Assembly: GCA_963825145.1 (NCBI GenBank)
Contig: CAWGSC010000002.1
Span: 207,296 to 239,295 of the forward strand
Direction: 5' to 3'
DNA: 32,000 bases
Source: an uncultured Nitrospiraceae bacterium
Lineage (GTDB): Bacteria > Nitrospirota > Nitrospiria > Nitrospirales > Nitrospiraceae
The position numbers were made by a program, and so were the translations under genes. The notes under the pieces are model-generated. The model was not told the DNA's origin and did not search any database. It was given only the letters and a program-made list of their open reading frames with translations. Of this stretch, positions 15,627-24,620 are shown piece by piece (the first letter of the stretch is position 1; each line of letters starts with the position of its first letter).

Positions 15627-16291
15627 TGGGACGAGAAGAATGGAATGGACCTATCGAATGCGGTAATTACCAGCGCAGGCGGCTATCGCGAGAGCATGGA
15701 GAGCTAGTTTACAGCGCTACGAAACTCAAGGCGCAAAGGTATGCCTGCTCTAGCCGTCGCCATCGGCGATAGAGTGCTCGGCTTCTGAACCGTCAGGCAA
15801 GACGTCTGGCCCGAGACGCGGGAACAGCCCCCTGCAGGATGCATGTCATTGCCAACGTGCTCGATACACTCCCCTACCCGGCTCAAATCCCAGGCAAACG
15901 GGCGTATACGAGATGACGTATGCGGAGCGCCTGGCCGCCTATGGAACTGCGATACACCGATTTACCCAGGCCGTGAGGTCTCTGCTCGCCATGTCTCCCG
16001 TTCCTGACTCATATCGAGTTCCCATCCTCGCGCCGGAAACCTCTCCGGAACACTAACCCGCTTGAGTCCACCTTCGCCACCACAGTGACGCTCAGCACGC
16101 CAGTGACCCAAGAGGCCGGCTCGAGAGCTGCTGGACTGATGTTGATGTTCAAGCTGTTGGAGGCCTTGTGCAACGCACCTGGCGCCAACTCGATGTTCAC
16201 AGCCTCACCCCGCTCGTCGGTGTGGGGGTTGTCTTCTCCGATGGGCAGTCTAGGTAGAACGAACGGAGTTACGATCAGAGAAGAACTTTAG
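15627..16291 (+). pseudogene. IS256 (Mutator)-family transposase remnant; N-terminal roughly half missing, with in-frame stops and frameshifts
   Basis: Pieces read across frames: GYRESMES*FTALRNSRRKGMPALAVAIGDRVLGF*TVRQDVWPETREQ / CRMHVIANVLDTLP / FLTHIEFPSSRRKPLRNTNPLESTFATTV..GSRAAGLMLMFKLLEA / GVVFSDGQ. These match the conserved IS256-type blocks (..ESxxSW..DLKxRG..DGALGFW..VWPETxEQRCWVHKxxNVLxxLP..TTNPIESTFATVR..GSRAAGLAMAFKL..). Both early stops sit where Trp is expected. The remnant starts immediately after the amoB terminator T-run. Confidence 0.75.
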
Positions 16292-16421
16292 AACGGTTGC
16301 CGTTTGATCACCCAAATCCACGACTCATGACGATATTTCCCTACCCGGACGACCCAAGGACTTGGCAGTCGGACCGCCATCGAAGTATGCTTTCAGCAGC
16401 CGAGGAGTGGGAAGATTTGCC

Positions 16422-17810
16422 TCAGCTGTCTGCAATCTTCTTTAGCCGTCGATCGAGCGAGAAACGAGTGAGCCCGAGATGCTTGGCAGCCAACGTTTTA
16501 TTATAGCTCGCCAGCCGCAAGACCTCATCGATGATGGTCCGTTCAATGTCGGCGAGGGTCTGTTGTCCGAGCTTCATATCGATCCGAACCATTGAGTCTG
16601 TCCCAGTTCCTGAGACCGCAGCCACGTGCGGCGCGCTTTCACGCAACTCAATTGGTAAACACGTGGGCGAAAGCGTACGGCCCTGGCAAAAGATCATAGC
16701 CCGTTCGAGGATATTCTGAAGTTCGCGAACGTTCCCCGGGTATTGGTACCGCTCCAGCATCGCACGCGCTGCTGGGTCAATATCGGGAATTGGTTTGCTG
16801 AACTCTTGAGCAAATCGCACGATGGAACGTTGGCAGAGCGGCAGGATGTCTTCAACCCGCTTCCGCAGCGGAGGAATCTCAAATGCCACGACATTGAGGC
16901 GAAAATAGAGATCCTCCCGAAAGGCTCCACGCTTCACTTCCTTCTTGAGCTCCCGGTTCGTGGCCGTAATCAGCCGAAAATCTACTCCAAGATCGTCGGT
17001 GGCGCCGAGTCTCCTGAAAGAACGCTCCTGGATCACCCGCAGCAATTTTGCCTGCATCGAGTGATCCAAATCGCCGATCTCATCGAGAAAGAGGGTGCCG
17101 CCCTCTGCTTTTTCAAGCAGGCCGAGCTTACGTTGATTGGCGCCGGTAAAGGCCCCTCGCTCGAAGCCAAACAGTTCACTCTCGAACAATTCCTTGGGAA
17201 TCGCGGTGCAGTTGACACCGATAAACGGCCCCGACGACCGAGGCCCGTTGTGGTGAATGACATGCGCCAGGAACTCTTTCCCTGTTCCGGTTTCACCGAG
17301 CAGCATCACCGATGATCTGGGACTTTCAGCCACCCCCCGAACTTGCTCGAGCAACTGCTTCATGGCAGGACTGTGGGCTTCCAAATTCTTCATGTGGTAC
17401 CGGCTATCCTGCCTGCCCAGTTCCGACTCAAGCCGCTGGCGGAGCCTCAAGACGTCCAGTGCCCGGGCGATCACCGCATCGATACCCTCCAGATCCACCG
17501 ACTTGATCATGAAGTCGTACGCCCCCAATTTCATTGTTTCCACCGCGTCCTGCACCGTCCCATATGCCGTCAGCATGATGACGATGGTGGCAGGAGCCAG
17601 CTGGCGCACATGCTTTAACGCCTCGAGACCACTGATACCGGGCATCCTCACATCGAGCAACACAAGATCTGGTAGATTGTGTTGAAGCCCCTCCAGCAGC
17701 GCTTCACCGGATTCATACCCAACGACGTGATGGCCTTGCCGAGTCAGCCGTTTGGTGATCGAAGAGCGAATCGCCTGCTCATCGTCGGTCACAAAGATAA
17801 CTGCGTGCAT
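16422..17810 (-). CDS. Sigma54-dependent response regulator (NtrC family: REC + AAA+ + Fis-type HTH)
   Basis: 462 aa. REC domain (DLVLLDVRMPG, KLGAYDFMIK), Walker A GETGTGKE, GAFTGA loop, Walker B TLFLDEI, RVIQERSFRRLG, and a C-terminal HTH (YNKTLAAKHLGLTRFSLDRRLKK). Confidence 0.92.
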   Translation of the reverse strand: MHAVIFVTDDEQAIRSSITKRLTRQGHHVVGYESGEALLEGLQHNLPDLVLLDVRMPGISGLEALKHVRQLAPATIVIMLTAYGTVQDAVETMKLGAYDFMIKSVDLEGIDAVIARALDVLRLRQRLESELGRQDSRYHMKNLEAHSPAMKQLLEQVRGVAESPRSSVMLLGETGTGKEFLAHVIHHNGPRSSGPFIGVNCTAIPKELFESELFGFERGAFTGANQRKLGLLEKAEGGTLFLDEIGDLDHSMQAKLLRVIQERSFRRLGATDDLGVDFRLITATNRELKKEVKRGAFREDLYFRLNVVAFEIPPLRKRVEDILPLCQRSIVRFAQEFSKPIPDIDPAARAMLERYQYPGNVRELQNILERAMIFCQGRTLSPTCLPIELRESAPHVAAVSGTGTDSMVRIDMKLGQQTLADIERTIIDEVLRLASYNKTLAAKHLGLTRFSLDRRLKKIADS

Positions 17811-17813
17811 GGG

Positions 17814-19742
17814 CTAGCCTTTCACCAGCTGGACATCTTGGGATAAAGGCAGCCAAATGCTCACGACGGTGCCTATTCCAACCTCGCTCGTGAGATAAAT
17901 ATCTCCACGATGCCTCTCGACAATGTTCTTGCAGATAGCCATCCCTAATCCAGTTCCGTTACGTTTCCCCGACGTAAAAAATGGTTCAAAGACTCGGGAC
18001 AGCGCCTCCGGTGAAATGCCTTTACCGGTATCTCTGACTTGTATCATGATGCCAGGCTGTTCTTGGTGGAATAACTCATGCGCCGTGATTTCTATGACCG
18101 ATCCATCCATGGGAGAGGCATCAATCGCATTGTCGATGACGTTCAAGAGCACTTGTTCGATCTGATCTCGATCGGCATGCAGATGGTCGGCTGCCGCAGC
18201 CAGGGAAGTTCGGATCTTGATATGCTTCGCCTGCAGAGGCCCACTCAGCAACTTGAGAATCTCGTTGATGAGTTCGGACAACACAAATTGAGCCAGTGCA
18301 AGCTCACGGGGCCTTGCATACTCCACAATCTGATTCACAATTCGATCCATTCGTTTCGTCTCGTGTAAAATCACGTCGATCTCTACACGTCTTGGATCGG
18401 ACCGCTCGAACTCATCCAATAGAAGCGATGCCGTCGAGCCGATCCCAACCAAGGGATTCCTGAGCTCATGGGCAATGCCAGCCGCCATCTGTCCCAACGT
18501 CGCCAACTTCTCGGTCCGACTTAACCGCAATTGCAGGGTATGTAGTGCCGTAATGTCAATATTGAATCCCACATAGATGGGATCGGGGCTGTCGAAATCC
18601 AAGATCGGCACGCGCCTGCTCAATATGGTCAGCACGCCGCCGTCTGCGTGGACAAACCGGAAGATCATCTCGCACGGGAGGCTCGCCGCAACGGCCCGTG
18701 AAAAATCAGACATCACACGATCTAAATCTTCAGGGTGAATTCGTTCGCGAAAGGTGGCGGGATCGATCTGTTCGTCGGGATCGAGCCCGGCCAAGACTTG
18801 ATTAAATCGATTGCTGAACGTCACCTGCATCCCCTTCGTCGTAAAGATGCCGATCGGAGCGTGATCCACCAGGCCACGGTATCGTGATTCGGAGTCTGAT
18901 AGATGCTGGTTGAGTTTCCGGAGCGACGCCTCTGATTTTACTACTTGATCAAGATGTTCCCGAATCTGCAAACTCATCTCTTGCATCACTCTGGTAAGAC
19001 CCCCGATCTCGTCTTTCCGATCCAAAACAGGGATGGTGGGAACAAGCTCACCGGATGAAGCGCTAACGGCCGTCGACAGATTGACAAGAGGGACCGCAAT
19101 CGATCGGGCGATCAGGAAGAGCGCACAGACGATGAGCCCAAACGTGAATAGTCCACCGCCTATAATTGCAAGAAGTGTCGACGTGCGATCCAGACTCATT
19201 TGAGCGAACGCATCAAGCGCGCTTTGCTTCTCAAATTTATCGAGCCGGGCCATCCAATCCCGAAACTCGGACATCAGCGCTCTTCCTCGCCCTTCTTTGA
19301 TATACTGAAGCACTCCAGACTTTCGGCCCGATTGAAGCTCTCGGATGAGGGCTTCTTTCTCTGCGACGAACTGGCTCACGAGGGCTTCAGCGTCTTTGAA
19401 GTGTTGCTGTTGGCTTTCTGAAAGTCTCTCCTTCAGGTCTTGTTCGACCTCGCGAAGGTGTTCAAGTGCCTCCTGATACGGCTTGAGATCGCGAGCATCT
19501 TCGGTCAACACATATCCTTGAAAACCACTCTCTATATCGACCACCAGCCGCATGTATTGGGCGGCAGTCTTTTGGGTAAGATAGAGATTGTTCAGGCGCT
19601 CTTCATCCTGCGAAAAGGTTTGCACGTTGATGTATGCCACTATGCTGACGAGGATGAGGGAAGCGAGAGGGATCGTCGAGATGAGGAGTAACTTTTGATG
19701 AATCGGAAGATTATTGAACAGGCGGGCGACATGCTTGTACAT
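17814..19742 (-). CDS. Sensor histidine kinase with periplasmic CHASE3-like domain, HAMP, PAS, HisKA and HATPase_c
   Basis: 642 aa. TM1 (LLLISTIPLASLILVSIVAYINV), a ~150-aa helical sensor (LYLTQKTAAQYMRLVVDIESGFQGYVLTED..YQEALEHL), TM2, HAMP, PAS (ESRYRGLVDHAPIGIF), H-box AAGIAHELRNPL, and G-boxes DTGKGI / GTGLGMAICK. Its stop lies 3 nt before the regulator ATG. Confidence 0.9.
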   Translation of the reverse strand: MYKHVARLFNNLPIHQKLLLISTIPLASLILVSIVAYINVQTFSQDEERLNNLYLTQKTAAQYMRLVVDIESGFQGYVLTEDARDLKPYQEALEHLREVEQDLKERLSESQQQHFKDAEALVSQFVAEKEALIRELQSGRKSGVLQYIKEGRGRALMSEFRDWMARLDKFEKQSALDAFAQMSLDRTSTLLAIIGGGLFTFGLIVCALFLIARSIAVPLVNLSTAVSASSGELVPTIPVLDRKDEIGGLTRVMQEMSLQIREHLDQVVKSEASLRKLNQHLSDSESRYRGLVDHAPIGIFTTKGMQVTFSNRFNQVLAGLDPDEQIDPATFRERIHPEDLDRVMSDFSRAVAASLPCEMIFRFVHADGGVLTILSRRVPILDFDSPDPIYVGFNIDITALHTLQLRLSRTEKLATLGQMAAGIAHELRNPLVGIGSTASLLLDEFERSDPRRVEIDVILHETKRMDRIVNQIVEYARPRELALAQFVLSELINEILKLLSGPLQAKHIKIRTSLAAAADHLHADRDQIEQVLLNVIDNAIDASPMDGSVIEITAHELFHQEQPGIMIQVRDTGKGISPEALSRVFEPFFTSGKRNGTGLGMAICKNIVERHRGDIYLTSEVGIGTVVSIWLPLSQDVQLVKG

Positions 19743-19842
19743 GCAATCTCACTCGCACTCTTGTGAGTGCCTAGGATTCAGATCCAGCCATTGTCAAACA
19801 TCTTTCTGCTATGTCCTAATTCTGACACGGCAATTCACACGG

Positions 19843-20174
19843 TCAAGGAGCTGAAGTCATGGGAAACATGTGTGGTTTTCCATTACAGAATAGCCTGACT
19901 TCGGCTTCTAGCCGCAGCAGTACGTCGCTGATTTCAGGACAGCCTCTGAAGCGCCGGTAAGGCTCCACATTTATACCTTGAAAGGCCACGCTCGAAACGC
20001 AGTGATGAGATGGTTGTGCAATTGATCCACACAAATGGACTCTTTGCGCACGCACTGCTATGGTGAATGACTCGATCCAGGAATCTTTTCCCGTTCCAGT
20101 TTCCCCCATCAAAAGAGCGGTCGTCTTCGGATTCTGCGCCAAGCCGCGAACTTGTACGACGAGCTGACTAATCC
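19843..20174 (-). pseudogene. Decayed, truncated AAA+ (sigma54-interaction) domain remnant of a second NtrC-type regulator
   Basis: Reading +2 after the REC stop gives ISQLVVQVRGLAQNPKTTALLMGETGTGKD..FRGCPEISDVLLRLEAEVRLFCNG. This parallels MKQLLEQVRGVAESPRSSVMLLGETGTGKE..FTGANQRKLGLLEKAEGGTLFLDE of the intact paralog. The GAFTGA loop and Walker B are degenerate, and everything after Walker B, including the HTH, is absent. Confidence 0.65.
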
Positions 20175-20597
20175 CTAGTGACCGGCTTTATCCTTGGCTA
20201 CGCCCGCTACCTGACGGCGTAGCGCGAGGTGTTCTAACGCCCGGTTAACGACCGGCTCTACCAGCTGGAGATCCACTGTCTTAATGATGAAATCGTACGC
20301 CCCCAGCTTCATGGCCTCAACCGCTTCTTCGACTGTTCCGTAGGCAGTCAGAATGATCACCATTGCATCTCGCGCTTTTGCGCGAAGTGCTCCCAGGATT
20401 TCGATCCCCGTTTTCCCAGGCATCTTGAGGTCGAGGAGAATCAGATCGGGAAGGTCGGGAAGGCCCTTTTCAACCTCGGCCAACAGTTCATCTCCGGACT
20501 TGAAGGCACGGACTTTGTGCTGGCCCTGAGATAGTCGCTTCACAAGTGCGTTGAGAAGAACAGGTTCATCGTCTGCGACATAGATGCTAGCTTGCAT
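20175..20597 (-). CDS. Receiver (REC) domain protein, the surviving N-terminal module of the disrupted NtrC-type gene (possibly a stand-alone response regulator)
   Basis: 140 aa with AGGAG upstream. YVADDEP..LILLDLKMPGKTG..ILTAYGTVEEAVEAMKLGAYDFIIKTVDL is closely parallel to the REC of 16422..17810. It ends in the linker. Confidence 0.75.
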   Translation of the reverse strand: MQASIYVADDEPVLLNALVKRLSQGQHKVRAFKSGDELLAEVEKGLPDLPDLILLDLKMPGKTGIEILGALRAKARDAMVIILTAYGTVEEAVEAMKLGAYDFIIKTVDLQLVEPVVNRALEHLALRRQVAGVAKDKAGH

Positions 20598-20899
20598 TAC
20601 GGCACTCCTTTCTATCTAGTTTACTACTCTATATTATTATTGCGTGATGCTCAGGCTGCGCAGAATGAATCAGTCATCACGGCATCCTCTGGATCAATCG
20701 GAGGCTGTGGTCTCAGATTTGACAAGTCGGTTGATGGCCTGACGAACGCACCTTCAAGAGAATCATGAGAGGAAATGCGCATCATCGGCTTCCGTCTATC
20801 CATGGACCGGCTCGTATGGGCCGGTGACAGTTTCGAAAGTATCAGCGCCCAATCACACCTGCGCCTTTGCCTGACGCCGTCCGCGCAAACCGTGCATCC

Positions 20900-22666
20900 T
20901 CACGCAAAAGCGGTGAGGTTCCCGGGGGTTTGACTCACGCGATACGCCATCGCATGGTCCGAGAGCCCACGGAAATGCTCCATCCCGACCAGCACACACG
21001 TATGCCCGCCTTCGATGGCGCGATCCTGGAAATTGTGCAAATATTCCATCGTCGTATGGTCCACAATCTTACCGGCCAAAATGAGCATATAGTTGGCTTT
21101 GGTGCCTTCAGGCACCACGATCTTTTTGAGCTCCGCGTCGAGTTTCACCAGATTCATGCAGGTGACCGAAGAGAGATAAATCTTATAGGGATTCTTCATC
21201 TCTCCGACGGTGCCCCGTAACACGGCGGTCGCCGCGACGGTCATCACATCACGAGTGCCGCGGGCGTCTCCGATTCGGATGACGGGATTGCGGAACAATT
21301 CCTTCAAGGCAGCCCCCACCCCCTCACCGGGCGAAGCCCGTATCACATCCTTCGCGAGCAAGATAATCTTCACCGCCGTACCGACGATCATCCCTTCCAG
21401 CAGGTCCGAGGTCCATAACGTCACCACGACATTGACCATGGCGATAAACATCTGTTCCTTGCCCACCGAGAAGATCCGCTTGAAGACTTTGTTCGAGCAC
21501 AGTTTCCATCCGACCCACATCAGCAACCCTGCCAGGGCCGATTTAGGAATCTGATTGATGAGCGTTGTGGCAAACAACAGGAAGATCAACTGAAAGACCG
21601 CATAATAGAAGTTGGCCCAGAGGGTGCGGCCCCCGACAAGCATGTTGGTCGTACTCTTCATCCCCCCGGGGATGATCGTCAACCCGCCCAGTAGACTGGA
21701 GGCGGTGTTGGAGACCCCCATGGCCCGCAAGGTGACATTGGGATTCGATTTGCGTTTAAACGGATCGATCTTATCGATGGCTTGGATCGTGGCGAGCGAC
21801 TCAGTGCCGTCAATGAGCGTCAGCGTGATAATGGTGAGGACGAGAGGCCACCATAGGTCTGTTCTTTCCCAGGCTTCCTGAAAATGGGGAAATACAATGC
21901 CATGTTCAAACACATCGCTGGGTACGTGAATGAGGTATTTGTCCTCGAGCCCCAGGAGCCAGGCGGTCAGGCCGGCCAAGCCGACCACGACAAGGGGCAC
22001 CGGAACGAACTTCGCCCACGCTTGTTTGATACGCGACAGGATACCGGTAATGAAAAAGAGGAGGAAGAGGGTCACGGCGCCAATGGCGCAGATCAATGGA
22101 TTCAACGCCATGACCTGTTCGGGAACAGAAATAATGGCTTTGGGAATGGATTTGATGGGCGGGATGATGACCCCGAGAAAGGCCGGGACTTGTTTGATGA
22201 TGATCAGCATGCCGATCGCCATCAACATGCCTTCGACCACCGAGATGGGAAAAAACAGCGCGAATCTCCCGGCATTGAAGATGCTGAGTATCACTTGGAC
22301 GACACCCACGATACTTATGGCCACCAGCAGGATAGGGTAGCCCACCGCCAAGTCTCCATTCCCCAACGCGATCATGCCAGCCAGCAGCGCCGGCGCCAGG
22401 CCTGCGGCAGGTCCGCTGATCGTGATGTAGGCGCCACCGAGGAAGGGGAAGACAAATCCGGCGATGATCGCCGAAATCAGGCCGCAGACCGGAGGCGCAC
22501 CGGAGGCAATCGCAATCCCGAGCGAGAGCGGGATCCCCATCATGGCGACTTGCAGCCCAGCCATCAGGTCGTACCGCCAATGCTTCAGGCCCGCCACCCC
22601 GTTTTGAGGTTTCTCTTTTTCTGGAATATCGTCTACTGTGACAGCTACCGATCCATGCGATGACAT
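20900..22666 (-). CDS. SulP-family inorganic anion transporter with C-terminal STAS domain
   Basis: 588 aa with AGGAGG upstream. The N-terminus has WRYDLMAGLQVAMMGIPLSLGIAIASGAPPVCGLISAIIAGFVFPFLGG, followed by many TM segments. The C-terminal ~120 aa are soluble (YKIYLSSVTCMNLVKLDAELKK..HTCVLVGMEHF), consistent with STAS. Confidence 0.85.
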   Translation of the reverse strand: MSSHGSVAVTVDDIPEKEKPQNGVAGLKHWRYDLMAGLQVAMMGIPLSLGIAIASGAPPVCGLISAIIAGFVFPFLGGAYITISGPAAGLAPALLAGMIALGNGDLAVGYPILLVAISIVGVVQVILSIFNAGRFALFFPISVVEGMLMAIGMLIIIKQVPAFLGVIIPPIKSIPKAIISVPEQVMALNPLICAIGAVTLFLLFFITGILSRIKQAWAKFVPVPLVVVGLAGLTAWLLGLEDKYLIHVPSDVFEHGIVFPHFQEAWERTDLWWPLVLTIITLTLIDGTESLATIQAIDKIDPFKRKSNPNVTLRAMGVSNTASSLLGGLTIIPGGMKSTTNMLVGGRTLWANFYYAVFQLIFLLFATTLINQIPKSALAGLLMWVGWKLCSNKVFKRIFSVGKEQMFIAMVNVVVTLWTSDLLEGMIVGTAVKIILLAKDVIRASPGEGVGAALKELFRNPVIRIGDARGTRDVMTVAATAVLRGTVGEMKNPYKIYLSSVTCMNLVKLDAELKKIVVPEGTKANYMLILAGKIVDHTTMEYLHNFQDRAIEGGHTCVLVGMEHFRGLSDHAMAYRVSQTPGNLTAFA

Positions 22667-23008
22667 ACCATTTCCTCCTGAAGTTCAGGTTCCCCCACAA
22701 CTTATTGAAGCTATATGCTCTTGTTCGATTTCTGACGTAGACGTTGGTTCAACGTTTCACGCATGTCGAAATTTCCGCATAGTATAGCCAATTCCGATCG
22801 GGTTCTGCTAGATAGCGCCGAGCAGTTGATTCATAGAGACTGCAGTGGTGCTGTAGCCATGTGAAATCATCACAAGTTGCTGGAAATAAACCGTTTCAAG
22901 CCACGATCTCGCCTTCGTTTGGCAAATAGTAGCCGTTGCGCGCCGACATCCATATCCATCGCAAACTACCTCGCACTTGGGATATTACAGCGTCCTGGGC
23001 TGGTCCAT

Positions 23009-23785
23009 TTAAAAATCGAGATACATATTAAGCGAAAGAATATTATTCATTCGATCTCTGGTGCCCGGGGCCGTGTTGATATATTGGTTCATATACCCGA
23101 ATTCCGTCAGAATGATCGGAGTCCAGCGATATCCGATCCCGACAAACCCACGATTTTGATCGAGTCCTTGCTTTGCTGTGGGAGCATTCCAGTCTGCGTT
23201 ATTCAAATTGACGAACACTTCGTTGGCCACTACGAAACTTGCCGCCGGATGAAACCAGAACGGCCAGTTAAATTTGAGCAATTCACGAAAACGCAATCCC
23301 GTATCGCTTCCGTTATCCTGCCAGCGCTCTTCAAGTCGCGATCGGGTAGTGAAGGCCCCTAGAGGCGTCGGCCCTGACCACTGATATTGCTGCCAGATTC
23401 TGTTTTCCATGATCAATTCGCCGACGGGCGGATAGTTCGTGACGTGAGCATACCCCACAAACACTGTCGAATGATCAGTAAGCGCATAGCCGATTCCAGG
23501 CCGAATCAACATTTGGTTCAATTCCTGTCCAGAATCTCGGTACCGCATCTGGATTTCCCCCCACCAACGCCATCGTTTGAGTTCGGGATTGTCGGGATTG
23601 ATGAACCCGAAATTTCCTCGTGCGGTTATGTTTTCCCATATCATGAAGTCTACGATATCTGATGCCAGGGCAGTTGACGACGTCACCAGCATTAGGGAAC
23701 CTGTGACAACCGCAAAGAGGACATGAAGCGCGAGGAGGGATCTTCTAACCGAAAGCATGACCGAACGGCAAGATGTAATCACCAT
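23009..23785 (-). CDS. DUF2490-like outer-membrane beta-barrel protein
   Basis: 258 aa with a signal peptide (..LMLVTSSTALA|SD) and alternating aromatic/Arg pattern (RWRWWGEIQMRYR, TRSRLEERW, LDQNRGFVGIGYRW, FGYMNQY). It ends in a terminal aromatic residue (..LNMYLDF). Family recognition is from memory of the DUF2490 pattern. Confidence 0.6.
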   Translation of the reverse strand: MVITSCRSVMLSVRRSLLALHVLFAVVTGSLMLVTSSTALASDIVDFMIWENITARGNFGFINPDNPELKRWRWWGEIQMRYRDSGQELNQMLIRPGIGYALTDHSTVFVGYAHVTNYPPVGELIMENRIWQQYQWSGPTPLGAFTTRSRLEERWQDNGSDTGLRFRELLKFNWPFWFHPAASFVVANEVFVNLNNADWNAPTAKQGLDQNRGFVGIGYRWTPIILTEFGYMNQYINTAPGTRDRMNNILSLNMYLDF

Positions 23786-24307
23786 ATTCAGAATATCCTC
23801 CTAAAACCGTGAGTAAGCCGATTGAGTTCGGGACCAGACTATCCCATCAAGGCTGTAAAACCTTGCCGCGAGAAGGTTCTTATAAAGTTCTTATTTATAT
23901 GGGTAAGTTATGGCAGCTCAGGACTTATGCACGTCCATCATCGCACGCTGCTAGTCACACACCTAGTATGAGTGAGCCTTTTTCTAATCCTGCTGCCGAT
24001 TGCCAAGGAGTCCAGCTCAAGAGAACACTCGCTTCTCTTCGTTCGATGCGAGTGTCGGAAACCTCGATCTATCCCATCACAGTCGCTTCCAAATAACTGC
24101 AACTCATTCACTGTGCACAATCGCGGATACGGTCTAAGCACAACCGATGCCACTAGAGACAGCTCGCACTAGGAAGATACATCGAACGTCATGAGAGAAA
24201 AATACTACGAATACAATATGTTAAATAAATCTATTGCCCGTTGGCAACTGTTAAATTATGTGAGCGCCTAACACAGTGCGATATCGCACCGAGCGCATAG
24301 TGCGATT

Positions 24308-24480
24308 TCAATAGGTTACCATGTCGTGGACTGCATCTGCACTATTAGGGGCTGCTGACATAGTTGCTCTTCGCATGCGCACCACCACGGCACGGACGCA
24401 ATCAAAACCGGACGGCCATTTCAGAGATTCAAAGACTAGAATGCTCTTCCCATCTGGGTCTTGACGCCGTGGAAATGCAT
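24308..24480 (-). pseudogene. Possible N-terminal remnant of a second IS1595-type transposase (zinc ribbon cysteines lost)
   Basis: ORF 24308..24514 reads FPRRQDPDGKSILVFESLKWPSGFDCVRAVVVRMRRATMSAAPNSADAVH. The intact copy reads FEQRFATEGACRAYLARLRWPTGFCCPQC..MCRRCGYQASVTAGTIFH. The similarity is weak but colinear. Confidence 0.35.
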
Positions 24481-24581
24481 GACATAGCGCCATGCACCAT
24501 GATCGAGGTGGCACGAAAGCTCATGGTGGTTGAACTGGCCTGTGCCAACTTACGCCAGCAGAGTGGCATCGATTCTAAACG

Positions 24582-24613
24582 ATAAAATGAGGGAGAGGCA
24601 AAGCCTCTCCCTC
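24582..24613 (-). terminator. Intrinsic terminator-like hairpin downstream of the dead nirK paralog
   Basis: gagggagaggc (24589-24599), loop aaa, gcctctccctc (24603-24613). On the minus strand it is followed by aTTTTat, and it sits 8 nt after the remnant's TAG (24621-24623). Confidence 0.55.
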
Positions 24614-24620
24614 TGTCAGA

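Noticed and set aside
21884-22700. 259-aa (+) and 264-aa (-) ORFs overlapping the SulP gene
   Set aside because: These are alternative or antisense frames of a clear SulP transporter, with highly biased Asp/Arg/Gly/His composition.
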